Source: a virus. Taken from it: DNA of 64,000 bases. The notes under the pieces were generated by a model. That model was not told the origin of the DNA, searched no databases, and saw only the letters and a list, made by a program, of their open reading frames with translations. This document shows, in pieces, positions 40,024 through 48,904 of the stretch (position 1 is its first letter; each line of letters begins with the position of its first letter). A program made the position numbers and the translations under genes. The stretch lies in UHGV virus genome UHGV-0033085. One strand, written 5' to 3'.

Positions 40024-41342
40024 AAAAGTTGATCGCACTTAAGCATAAGCTGGACGAAATGAAAGCTATGGGCACCAATGCAAAAAAAGAGGCATTGGCC
40101 AACATGGATGACTTTGAACAAAGCATGGTTTCATTGATGCTCAACCCTTTCATCCGTTTTGGGGTAAAGAAATACAAAGTGGCAGAGCCGCTTAGTGAGT
40201 CCATCCCAAGTGACGAAAAAGCCATTGATGTACTGAATAAGCTGGCCTCTCGCGAGCTAACGGGGAACGCAGCAATAGCAGCTGTTGAGTCTATCGTGGC
40301 GTCAATGTGCGCCGATGGGCAGGACGTGTTCCGTCGTTTCCTCTTAAAAGACCCGAAAGCTGGCGTTGGGATTAGCCTATGCAACAAGGTTTTTGAAAAT
40401 CCCATTCCGAAATTCGAGGTGCAGCTGGCGTCACCGTATAAAGAAAAAGGCGACAAATACCCCTTCAAGCCAAATCCTAAAGCAAAATGGCCGATGATTG
40501 GCAGTCTTAAGCTCGATGGTTTGCGAGTAATTTGCGAGGTTATTGTTGACGAGGAAGAGGTTAACTTCCTTTCTCGTACTGGTAATCCAATCACGTCTCT
40601 CGATCACCTAAAGCCAGCCATGCTCGAATTAGGCAAACTTTCAGGCCACAAACACATCTTCTTCGATGGTGAAGGAACTGCCGGTTCATTTAACCAGTCC
40701 GTATCTGCATTGCGCAAAAAGAACGTGCAGGCAATTGGCGCTATTTATCATGTTTTCGACTTCTTCCTACCGGAATGGCGAGCACAGGCTAAATCCAAAG
40801 AGTATGCAAAGACAGGTATGAAGCTGAAAGAGCGCCTGGCTATGCTGGTGGCGTTGTTCAAAAACGATCGCAGTGAAGGCTACACACAAGACATTCACCT
40901 GCATCCGTTCTATATCATCCATAGCCACGAAGACTTCATCGAACGCTTCATGAAACGCCTGGACGATAACGAAGAAGGGGAGATGGGCAAAGATCCGAAC
41001 TCTGTTTACGAGTTTAAACGTACCCGCAGCTGGTGGAAGTTAAAAGACGAAGATTCAGAAGATGGTGAAATTATCGACTTTGAGCCGGGCGACCCGGACT
41101 CTGGTTTTGCCAACACACTTGGAAAAATTGTTATTCGTCTTGAAAACGGCGTCATCGTTCGTGCGAGCGGCATTAAGCATAAATATCTGGATGAGATCTG
41201 GAACAACAAAGAGAAGTACCGTGGTCGTATTGTCGAGGTTCATTGTCACGAGAAAACACCGGACGGCAGCTTACGCCACCCACGACTGAAATGGCCGCGT
41301 TGCTTACGCGATACAGAAGATCGAATCGGAGATAAAGAATGA
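40020..41342 (+). CDS. ATP-dependent DNA ligase
   Basis: Adenylation motif I KLDGLR. Confidence 0.65.
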   Translation: MKKLIALKHKLDEMKAMGTNAKKEALANMDDFEQSMVSLMLNPFIRFGVKKYKVAEPLSESIPSDEKAIDVLNKLASRELTGNAAIAAVESIVASMCADGQDVFRRFLLKDPKAGVGISLCNKVFENPIPKFEVQLASPYKEKGDKYPFKPNPKAKWPMIGSLKLDGLRVICEVIVDEEEVNFLSRTGNPITSLDHLKPAMLELGKLSGHKHIFFDGEGTAGSFNQSVSALRKKNVQAIGAIYHVFDFFLPEWRAQAKSKEYAKTGMKLKERLAMLVALFKNDRSEGYTQDIHLHPFYIIHSHEDFIERFMKRLDDNEEGEMGKDPNSVYEFKRTRSWWKLKDEDSEDGEIIDFEPGDPDSGFANTLGKIVIRLENGVIVRASGIKHKYLDEIWNNKEKYRGRIVEVHCHEKTPDGSLRHPRLKWPRCLRDTEDRIGDKE

Positions 41343-41518
41343 TGCTCGGCTGGATGATTGCATTTTTAGCAGTTGGTTTTTTCATAGGTATTGTGGTGAT
41401 GTCCAGTTGCATCAATGACTACATTAAAAGCGGTGTTATAGAAAGACGCGGTCGTATTTATCGCATTGTAGAAATAACCAACACCCTGAAGGAGATTAAG
41501 GATGATCGTATTAAGTAA
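41339..41518 (+). CDS. small membrane protein (59 aa, not in ORF track)
   Basis: ATGA-coupled to ligase stop; hydrophobic N-terminus. Confidence 0.3.
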   Translation: MMLGWMIAFLAVGFFIGIVVMSSCINDYIKSGVIERRGRIYRIVEITNTLKEIKDDRIK

Positions 41519-41717
41519 ACGGGAGAAGGAAACGCTTCATGAAATCAGTAAGTGGCCGGAGTTCCCTGAGTACTGGAAGCCTAAAACGCGAGCTAAGTTA
41601 GAGCGTTTAGGGTTGGTTGCAAACGTTTCTGAAACGTGGTGTTCGGCCAACTACCAGTTAACTGATAAAGGGAAAGTATTGCTACAGCAATTAGTAGAAT
41701 CAGGAGCGTTAAAATGA
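41502..41717 (+). CDS. hypothetical protein
   Basis: 71-aa ORF. Confidence 0.3.
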   Translation: MIVLSKREKETLHEISKWPEFPEYWKPKTRAKLERLGLVANVSETWCSANYQLTDKGKVLLQQLVESGALK

Positions 41718-41866
41718 TTCCATACATCTCATTAGCTTTTATGGGTGGCTTCCTTATCGGCTTCGGCATCTGTCGTGATTTAATTAAGCAGGAACTTAAA
41801 ACCAAAACACTGTGCATCGGAAAGCGTGTGTATCGGGTAGTTCATGAAACAAAGGTGAAAAAATGA
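41714..41866 (+). CDS. small membrane protein (50 aa, not in ORF track)
   Basis: ATGA-coupled on both sides; start is a copy of the ATGATTCCATAC half-site. Confidence 0.3.
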   Translation: MIPYISLAFMGGFLIGFGICRDLIKQELKTKTLCIGKRVYRVVHETKVKK

Positions 41867-42153
41867 GCAATTTAACTTCTTGGGAATGGTGGTTGGCCAC
41901 CTATTTCTTAGCGGCCGGAGTCGCATTCGCCTTTTACGTAGGTCAGTTAGTCGTAAAACTGTTGCTGATTAAATTTGCTAGTCATAAACGTATCGATGAT
42001 GGTCTGTGGCGTCTTGGCACCCTGGTGGAAACTCGCTACGGGCAACTTAAGGAGAACGAAACCATTACTATCCAAGCGAAACGATTCACTGCCACCATTA
42101 CAAGAACACCTAGTCGTAGAGTGGCCTTGATCAAAAAAGTCACAACCGAATAA
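41863..42153 (+). CDS. hypothetical membrane protein
   Basis: 96-aa ORF, N-terminal TM segment. Confidence 0.35.
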   Translation: MSNLTSWEWWLATYFLAAGVAFAFYVGQLVVKLLLIKFASHKRIDDGLWRLGTLVETRYGQLKENETITIQAKRFTATITRTPSRRVALIKKVTTE

Positions 42154-42163
42154 AAACATATTG

Positions 42164-42185
42164 ATAAGTATTTACTTACTTATCT
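42164..42185. promoter_or_regulatory. palindromic motif GATAAGTATTTACTTACTTATC (dispersed motif family)
   Basis: Arms GATAAGTA / TACTTATC at start of tRNA/noncoding island. Confidence 0.4.
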
Positions 42186-42931
42186 TTTGTGTATAAGATG
42201 ACTTTGTTTTCGTTGAGACGCGACTGTTTGAACTTAAATACAAGTGCAAACGAAGAAGTCTATCTGGCAGTAGCCTAATAAGCCAAACACCAGCGAGGTC
42301 AGTTTCCAGCCTCGTTACCGAAATGGGACACACTGAGCGAGTGTGATTGCAGAACGCAGGAGGGAACATTCATGTTCCCTCCGATGAAGTAACAGAATGG
42401 GCGGTTGGTATATTTTCAACTCCATATGACTCCCGGATTCTTAGCCACTGACCGCCCATCCTGTTACGTCATTTTGTTCAATTATGTCGTTTATACTGGG
42501 TTAAAAAGCGGCGACGTAGCCCGGCTGGTATGGTTAGCCAGCACACAACGTTGAGGCCATTACATTTTTATCAATTCTAAGGTTCTATTCACAGAGATAC
42601 CGGCGAGCGTTGATATGTAACATGTTGGGCAAACATTCAATCGGAGTAGTGGCCTCAACGTTGTGAAGACAGGATTGTTGTGTAGGTTTAACCACTGTTG
42701 CCATTGGTGCCTGTTTTCACAACAAATGATTCCATACATCACATTGTATAAATTACAAAGTAGGTGCTGTCCTCAGAAACATCATCTACTTAAAGATTTT
42801 GCCTTCTACTATTGAGCGAAGTCGAAAGCGTCTGGCACTAACGAAAAGTGCAAGTAGCGGTGCGTTTCCTGGCAGAAACTAAACCGTCGCGATTGGCACT
42901 GTTGAGTAATAAATACTGGCAGTGCTGAATT

Positions 42932-43006
42932 GATGGTGTAGCTCAGCGGTAGAGCAGTTGGCTGTTAACCAACTGGTCGGTGGTTCGAATCCACCCACCA
43001 TCGCCA
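42932..43006 (+). tRNA. tRNA-Asn (anticodon GTT)
   Basis: Cloverleaf by hand: acceptor GATGGTG/CACCATC, anticodon loop CTGTTAA, T-loop GGTTCGAATCC, encoded CCA. Confidence 0.8.
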
Positions 43007-43011
43007 ATTTA

Positions 43012-43098
43012 GGGGAGTTAGTCCGTAGAGGTAGCGGTGTAGACTGTAAATCTACTGTCATGGCGACTCGGGTGGTTCGACTCCATCACTCCCCACCA
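43012..43098 (+). tRNA. tRNA-Tyr (anticodon GTA), long variable arm
   Basis: Acceptor GGGGAGT/ACTCCCC, anticodon arm GTAGA-CTGTAAA-TCTAC, T-loop GGTTCGACTCC, CCA. Confidence 0.75.
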
Positions 43099-43102
43099 AA
43101 TT

Positions 43103-43178
43103 GCCGGTTTAGCTCAGTTGGTAGAGCGCCTGCCTTGTAAGCAGGATGTCAGCGGTTCGAGTCCGTTAACCGGCACCA
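43103..43178 (+). tRNA. tRNA-Thr (anticodon TGT)
   Basis: Acceptor GCCGGTT/AACCGGC, anticodon arm CCTGC-CTTGTAA-GCAGG, T-loop GGTTCGAGTCC, CCA. Confidence 0.8.
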
Positions 43179-43541
43179 ACACAACAGGTAAGTGCATTGG
43201 GCGAATCGGCGATACTGACCCACAAGCCCGTAAATCGATAGAGTCAGACCAGTGCTCTTACCGTTGTGAGGAAGTGCAGCTCTTTGAGGCAACCAGAAGA
43301 TAAGCATCTGGCTTCACAACACAACGATAAGATCATTACGGTTAATCGTCGTTCATGTGCACAATGACTGGTCGAAAGGTAGTGATCTTACCGTTGTGGT
43401 GGATTCGCAGACTGATGCGATAGCTTTCTTGGATGTTAGGGAAATGCGGCCGCAAATCTTCCCTTTCGCGAGCGGTGATCGTCCGTAGTCCTAATTGGCT
43501 GCACCGTATGCCGGAGATTCAGTACCGGCCACCACAACGGC

Positions 43542-43628
43542 CGGAGAGTAGGGAGCATGGTGCTCAAGCGGTCTTGAAAACCGTCCCATTGCGCAAGCGA
43601 TGATGGTTCGATTCCATTACTCTCCGCC
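43542..43628 (+). tRNA. tRNA-Ser (anticodon TGA), long variable arm
   Basis: Acceptor GGAGAGT/ACTCTCC, anticodon arm GCGGT-CTTGAAA-ACCGT, T-loop GGTTCGATTCC, CCA. Confidence 0.7.
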
Positions 43629-43851
43629 AGACACAGCGTTGAGCGGTTTGGCCTTTTAATCACCCAGATTAAGACTCCGCTAACATAAACCAGACCGCTC
43701 AACGCTGTGATAGACAATTACGGCAGACGTTCTTAACCATAGCTTGCTAACATCCTAGCAACACTTTTTTTCAGCGCAAAATTCAAAGGGGCTTCGGCCA
43801 CTTTTTTTGCAACTGAAAGAGTCAAGTCTACGAACTTTGTAGGAAGAAATA

Positions 43852-44202
43852 ATGACCAGCAAAGAGAACACACCACTAAAAGTCACCCCTGAACACATTG
43901 AACAACTCATTCAAAGTGAACATTATTTCACTGCATATGATGCCAGCCACGGGGATAACTTCATCTCTGTTTACAATTCAAAAACAGATATCGACAAAGG
44001 TCATGAGTCGTTAAAACTCTTAACGTTCTGCGTTATGGTTCTCAAAAATGGATATACCGTAACGGGAAAATCTGCGTGCGTAAGACCAGAAATCTTCAAT
44101 TTTGATGTTGGTCGCGAGTACGCTCGAAAAGATGCTATCGATCAAATCTGGCCCCTGGAAGGCTATCTCCTGAAGCAAAAGTGGCATGAGGCAAAGCAAT
44201 GA
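43852..44202 (+). CDS. hypothetical protein
   Basis: 116-aa ORF, ATGA-coupled to downstream glutaredoxin-like frame. Confidence 0.4.
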   Translation: MTSKENTPLKVTPEHIEQLIQSEHYFTAYDASHGDNFISVYNSKTDIDKGHESLKLLTFCVMVLKNGYTVTGKSACVRPEIFNFDVGREYARKDAIDQIWPLEGYLLKQKWHEAKQ

Positions 44203-44444
44203 CGATCACTATCTACGGATGAGATAACTGCTCATACTGCAAACGTGCGGTCGAGCTGGCGAAGCAACTAAAGGGACATGGCTACGGTGATTATGAGTAC
44301 ATCGACATCACCACTGCCGGTATCAACAAGGAAAAACTAAGTGAAATTGTTGGTAAACCGGTAGAGACTATCCCCCAAGTGCTGATCGATGGCCAACCGA
44401 TTGGCGGATACACAGAACTGGCTGCATACGTCAGCACCCTCTGA
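44199..44444 (+). pseudogene. glutaredoxin-like gene (T4 NrdC-type CxxC) with in-frame TGA at codon 8
   Basis: Frame reads MTITIYG-TGA-DNCSYCKRAVELAK...IDGQPIGGYTELAAY; TGA at 44220-44222; no ATG downstream. Confidence 0.5.
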
Positions 44445-44448
44445 TTTT

Positions 44449-44475
44449 AACGGCTCACAGGAGCCGTTTTTATTC
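44449..44475 (+). terminator. rho-independent terminator
   Basis: CGGCTC-ACAG-GAGCCG followed by TTTTTATT. Confidence 0.6.
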
Positions 44476-44524
44476 CCACCAAACTCACTCCCGTTTCCCT
44501 TAAAATTCAAAAAACAACGTCAAA

Positions 44525-44555
44525 ATGATTCCATACCTACTATGTATGGAATCAT
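44525..44555. other. 31-bp perfect inverted-repeat site (12-7-12), candidate recombinase target
   Basis: ATGATTCCATAC-CTACTAT-GTATGGAATCAT, 100 bp upstream of tyrosine recombinase gene. Confidence 0.45.
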
Positions 44556-44654
44556 TACTGAAAATGAGTTACTTTTACTCTTGATCCTATAAGAATCTAT
44601 GCCTAATATACTGTTTACTTATACAGTGCATCGGCGTAACTCGGTGATTGTCAT

Positions 44655-45758
44655 ATGAAAAATAGCTTTGACAGAGCACGCGCTGCGGAGAACACCTCAA
44701 AAGAGGCGATTGAGTATCTCGAAAGAGCATCTCAAATGCAGGCCGTTATGATCTCCCAGGTCAGCAATGACATGAGATTCTCGGACGCATTCATGTTATT
44801 CACTCGCTTATCTCTGCTGATAACAAGACGTCGGCCAGAGATCGCTGTTCATTGTATTTTGATACATGTTTTGCCGCACATTGCCGATGTAAAAGTAAGT
44901 GACATTAATAGGTTCATGGTGAACCAACTGGTCAACCCACTAATACTGGATGGCAAAATTGTTATGGGCCGCCGCGTTTTCTCTCTGATGAAGCAGTTCC
45001 TTAGCTGGTGCGCCTTCCAGGGGATGATAGACGTGTCACCGTTAAACGATATGTCACTTAACAAAGTTGCCGGTGGCGCAAAGCCCACACCTCGCGAGCG
45101 GAAGCTGACCGACGCAGAGGTATGGGTGTTCTGGAATATATGGGACTACTTCAATGTGTGCGCTGGTACAAAATGGGCGGCCAGGCTGTGTCTTGTATCC
45201 GCAAGACGACCTGACGAAGTACTGCGTGCTAAAAAAAGTGAGTTCAATCTTAAGCGTGGGGTTTGGAATCAAGGCAAGAGGAACAAATCTGCCCGTGAGC
45301 ATTCGCTGCCTTTAAGCACATTAATGCGCACATGTATTGAAGAGTTGTTCGAATACGGTAAAGGCAGCCAGTGGCTCGTGCCTTCGAATAAAAAAATCGG
45401 GAAAGACCTTCCTATGTCTAAAGTGGCAATAGCCCAGGCATTACGTCGTATTCTGGAACGACCAGAACTGATGGAGCTTGAGCCATTTACACCCCGAGAC
45501 TTGCGCCGTACTGCGCGTAGTTACTTCCCAGCATTAGACATAAGCCAGGAGGTATCACGCAAAATCATGAACCACAGTCTTGAGGGGATAGATCGAGTCT
45601 ACGACCGGCACGATTATATGGACGAGATGCGAGACGCCTTAGAAAGTTTCTCGACGTACATCGCATCAATCGTAGAGCAACCGGATTTAGACGAAATTGA
45701 CCACAAATTCAAGGGAGATCGTCTATCAACAGAGCTTATTCGTGTAAATTTTTCATAG
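44655..45758 (+). CDS. tyrosine site-specific recombinase (integrase/resolvase family)
   Basis: C-terminal catalytic pattern: R in LRRTARSY, H in MNHS, Y in RVYDRHDY. Confidence 0.75.
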   Translation: MKNSFDRARAAENTSKEAIEYLERASQMQAVMISQVSNDMRFSDAFMLFTRLSLLITRRRPEIAVHCILIHVLPHIADVKVSDINRFMVNQLVNPLILDGKIVMGRRVFSLMKQFLSWCAFQGMIDVSPLNDMSLNKVAGGAKPTPRERKLTDAEVWVFWNIWDYFNVCAGTKWAARLCLVSARRPDEVLRAKKSEFNLKRGVWNQGKRNKSAREHSLPLSTLMRTCIEELFEYGKGSQWLVPSNKKIGKDLPMSKVAIAQALRRILERPELMELEPFTPRDLRRTARSYFPALDISQEVSRKIMNHSLEGIDRVYDRHDYMDEMRDALESFSTYIASIVEQPDLDEIDHKFKGDRLSTELIRVNFS

Positions 45759-46139
45759 AGACTTTATGGCCTCAACAACCTTTTGTGATGCGCCTTTCTC
45801 TTTACCGAATCGCTCGTTATATGCAGCAAGAACCTGTTTTTCGTCCTCGTTAAGAGGAGCGGTGCCTTCTTTGTATAAAAATGCTGCGAGTTCAGGTTGG
45901 CGTTCTTCCAGCACCATCATCATAAGACGACTTGGCTCAATACCCAGCGCCAGCGCCAACGGACGAACCTTATCGATAGGCAAAGGAATTTTGCCACTTT
46001 TAATTAAAGAAAGGTTGTTGGCATTTTTATAACCAATAAGTCTGGCTATTTGGGCCTGACTCATAGGTGAGGATTCAATCAGCCCTGCGATAAAAGCAGC
46101 ATAGCGACTTTCTATAAATTCAATCTTGTTGTCAGACAT
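45753..46139 (-). CDS. XRE-family HTH transcriptional regulator (candidate repressor)
   Basis: HTH segment MSQAQIARLIGYKNANNLSLIKSGK; convergent with recombinase. Confidence 0.6.
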   Translation of the reverse strand: MSDNKIEFIESRYAAFIAGLIESSPMSQAQIARLIGYKNANNLSLIKSGKIPLPIDKVRPLALALGIEPSRLMMMVLEERQPELAAFLYKEGTAPLNEDEKQVLAAYNERFGKEKGASQKVVEAIKSL

Positions 46140-46170
46140 TGTTACAACCTTTGCGCGTTCAATTCTCTCT

Positions 46171-46184
46171 GGTAAGTGCTTACC
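46171..46184. promoter_or_regulatory. palindrome GGTAAGTGCTTACC in regulator upstream region
   Basis: Perfect 6-bp arms; same core as dispersed GTAAGTA motif family. Confidence 0.4.
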
Positions 46185-46389
46185 GATATTACATCAAAGG
46201 TTAGGGTTGTAAAGCTATTATCATTTTTTCGATAGGCACTTAAAAGACCGGTTAAAGGCCATTGCACGGAGAAAAATTAGCCCAAAACAGGTAAGAAAAT
46301 TAACTTGCATATGATATGAATGTATTCAGTATTGATATAAATTTTAGTAGTATTCCTTACCATAGTATAAGTTAGAATGGATTGATTGA

Positions 46390-46602
46390 ATGAACACCAC
46401 TATTTCCAGCCTAATCGCTCTTGAGATCGGACACGTACAGAAATTAGCTGATGAGTGTGTAGCTGACATCCTCACCGATCTACCGAATGAGCAGATTCAG
46501 GTTGGTGTGAATGACACAACTGGCTTTATATTCGAACTTAACAACAAACGCTTCACGCTTCTCAATATCGGCTCCGGGTCTTTAGCCGTCAGAATCTGTT
46601 AA
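46390..46602 (+). CDS. hypothetical protein
   Basis: 70-aa ORF followed by 9-bp stem hairpin CTGCGCGAA...TTCGCGCAG. Confidence 0.3.
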   Translation: MNTTISSLIALEIGHVQKLADECVADILTDLPNEQIQVGVNDTTGFIFELNNKRFTLLNIGSGSLAVRIC

Positions 46603-46700
46603 CCCCTCTTCTCCCTGCGCGAATGGCTTAGTTCCCTGTTCGCGCAGTGCTACATTAAACACAGTAGTAAATAATTTGTTTTCATAACAAAGGATTAGCC

Positions 46701-48809
46701 ATGTCTAAAAAACGTTCCATCAAAGAGGTTCAGGACTTCCGTGACAGTGTAAAACGAGTAGTCGCTCTCCTTTCAGGTAAAAACATCCCTGTTGCAGAAC
46801 GAGGGGACGACGCTTATGTACGCTATAACGATGATGGAGAGCCAATTCTCGTAAACATCCCATCAATCCCGGATAACGCAACACCGGCATTGATGAATGC
46901 TGTGCGCGGATTTCTCGATCATGAGGTTGCTCACATTTTGTTTACCGATATTCGTGTGTCCAACAAAATGAGAGAAAAAGGACGCGTTCCTTCCTGGTCG
47001 CTATGGAATGCCTTAGAAGACGTGTTCATCGAGCGAAAAATGGGTCAGGTCTTTAACGGAACAAGACGTAATCTGATGGCAACTCAGCGCCTTATAATCG
47101 AAAAAGTCTTTAAACCAAAGGCTTCAGAGGCTATTGCTTATTGTGGCAAAGATCAGCGCGCGCTTTTTCTAAACTTCTTTCTCTGTCCGGTTGTAAGAGC
47201 CTGGGATGGCCAAGCACCGTTCGTAGATTTCATGGATGAACATTGGCCTGTCATTGAGAAACCAATTTCATTATTAAAAGAACATGGTATCGATGTGGCC
47301 GTGCGTAACATGTCTTGCACCGAGGATTGTGTAAAGGTGGCTGCGACCATAGCTAAGATCCTCAAAGACACTGAAAGTGAAAGCAAAGGTAAGGAGTCAG
47401 CTCCGGGAAAAACTTCCGATCCTTCAGACGCTGACCAGACGGATGCCTCTGGAGAAAACAATGAAGACAACGAAGATCATGAGACACCCTCAGCGTTAGA
47501 TAATCACAAATCTATCAAATCAGAATCACATAGTAAGTACAAACATGATAATAACGACAGTGATGATTCAGATAATTCTGAATCATCAGAAACAATATTC
47601 GATGATACAGAAAATGATAAAGAGGTATCAGATTCTGATGCTTCTGATAACGCGGCGTCAGAATCATTAACCGCTGACCACGAAAAAAGAAAAACGACAG
47701 AAGACGGCTCTTCAGATATCCCAACTCCGTCAAAAATGAGTCTGGAAGAGGCTTTAGAGGAGTTGGATAGCATGGAAGATGAAGTCGGAGGCATGACAGA
47801 AGATGCGCTATCCGAAACGATTAAAAGCGAGTTAACAGAAAGCTCGAAAAGCGAATACAGGCCATACAATCGCTCATACGACTTCATCGGCTCGATTGAT
47901 CAGGCAGAAGCCCATATCAAACGGCTTATTAAAACATTCTCCGATATTGATTTGGGAGGATATCCAATCAGCCGCTATCGCATCGTTCCTGAAGGCAACC
48001 AGCTCTTCGACAAATATATTGAAAAGCATCTTTCGTCAGGTGTTTCGTCGACGCTGGCAAAAGACCTGGAGCGAGCAATAGCAAGCAGAAACAGAGTTCA
48101 GTTTATACCGGGCCAGCGTCGGGGGCGCATTCATGGTTCTAGTATCTACAGATTAGCAATGAATGATGCTCGCGTGTTTCGTAAAAAAGAAGAATCTAAA
48201 GCCGTTAACGCCTGTGTTCAACAAGTGATTGATTTATCAGGTTCAATGAGTGGTATAACGATTAAACTGGCTCTTGCAAGTGCATATACCATCGCCGATG
48301 CCCTTGATCGAATAAATGTTCCCAACATTATCACCGGCTTCACTACATTTGGTAGTCATATGGCGGCAGGAGAACTTAAGGCTGTCAAGTATGAGTTCTC
48401 TCGCTTTGAATCTTTAATGCTACCTATCATCAAAAATTGGAATGAAAAGGTAAATTCTCGCGAAGTTCGCTCACGTATGGGGTGCGTAGGCTACACATTC
48501 CCACTTCTTAATAACGTGGATGGTGAAAGCATAGCCAGCCTTGCATCGTTATTTTCCGGTCGCTTGGAGGACAGGAAGATCATGCTTGTTCTGAGTGATG
48601 GCGCGCCGTGGGCTGTTGGGAGAGGTTTTGACGCTCATTTGCGTTCAGTTGCGAAGCAAATTGAAACGCAGACTGATATTGATTTGATGGCAATTGGCAT
48701 CATGACTGACGCACCGGAGAGATTTTACTCAAATCATGCCCTGGTAACGAGCGTTGATAGTCTTGGTTCATCTGTAGTTACTGAACTATCTCGTATCATT
48801 TTAAAGTGA
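46701..48809 (+). CDS. CobT-like protein with C-terminal vWA domain
   Basis: MIDAS motif DLSGSMSG; long Asp/Ser/Glu-rich acidic middle region; adjacent to AAA+ partner. Confidence 0.6.
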   Translation: MSKKRSIKEVQDFRDSVKRVVALLSGKNIPVAERGDDAYVRYNDDGEPILVNIPSIPDNATPALMNAVRGFLDHEVAHILFTDIRVSNKMREKGRVPSWSLWNALEDVFIERKMGQVFNGTRRNLMATQRLIIEKVFKPKASEAIAYCGKDQRALFLNFFLCPVVRAWDGQAPFVDFMDEHWPVIEKPISLLKEHGIDVAVRNMSCTEDCVKVAATIAKILKDTESESKGKESAPGKTSDPSDADQTDASGENNEDNEDHETPSALDNHKSIKSESHSKYKHDNNDSDDSDNSESSETIFDDTENDKEVSDSDASDNAASESLTADHEKRKTTEDGSSDIPTPSKMSLEEALEELDSMEDEVGGMTEDALSETIKSELTESSKSEYRPYNRSYDFIGSIDQAEAHIKRLIKTFSDIDLGGYPISRYRIVPEGNQLFDKYIEKHLSSGVSSTLAKDLERAIASRNRVQFIPGQRRGRIHGSSIYRLAMNDARVFRKKEESKAVNACVQQVIDLSGSMSGITIKLALASAYTIADALDRINVPNIITGFTTFGSHMAAGELKAVKYEFSRFESLMLPIIKNWNEKVNSREVRSRMGCVGYTFPLLNNVDGESIASLASLFSGRLEDRKIMLVLSDGAPWAVGRGFDAHLRSVAKQIETQTDIDLMAIGIMTDAPERFYSNHALVTSVDSLGSSVVTELSRIILK

Positions 48810-48904
48810 ACAAAACAGCCTTAACGATAAGTAACCACTTACGATATATAATGATATATTTATATAAGAAGTTGAACGCTCATTAGAGAACAAAGGAAAA
48901 ACGC

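Noticed and set aside
42958-43717. ORFs 42958-43140 (+), 43118-43303 (+) and 43436-43717 (-) in the tRNA region
   Set aside because: They overlap tRNA-Asn, tRNA-Tyr, tRNA-Thr and tRNA-Ser; translations are low-complexity
44220-44222. Selenocysteine recoding at the in-frame TGA of the glutaredoxin-like gene
   Set aside because: No SECIS-like hairpin immediately downstream and other genes in the window use TGA as a normal stop; pseudogene or sequencing error is more parsimonious
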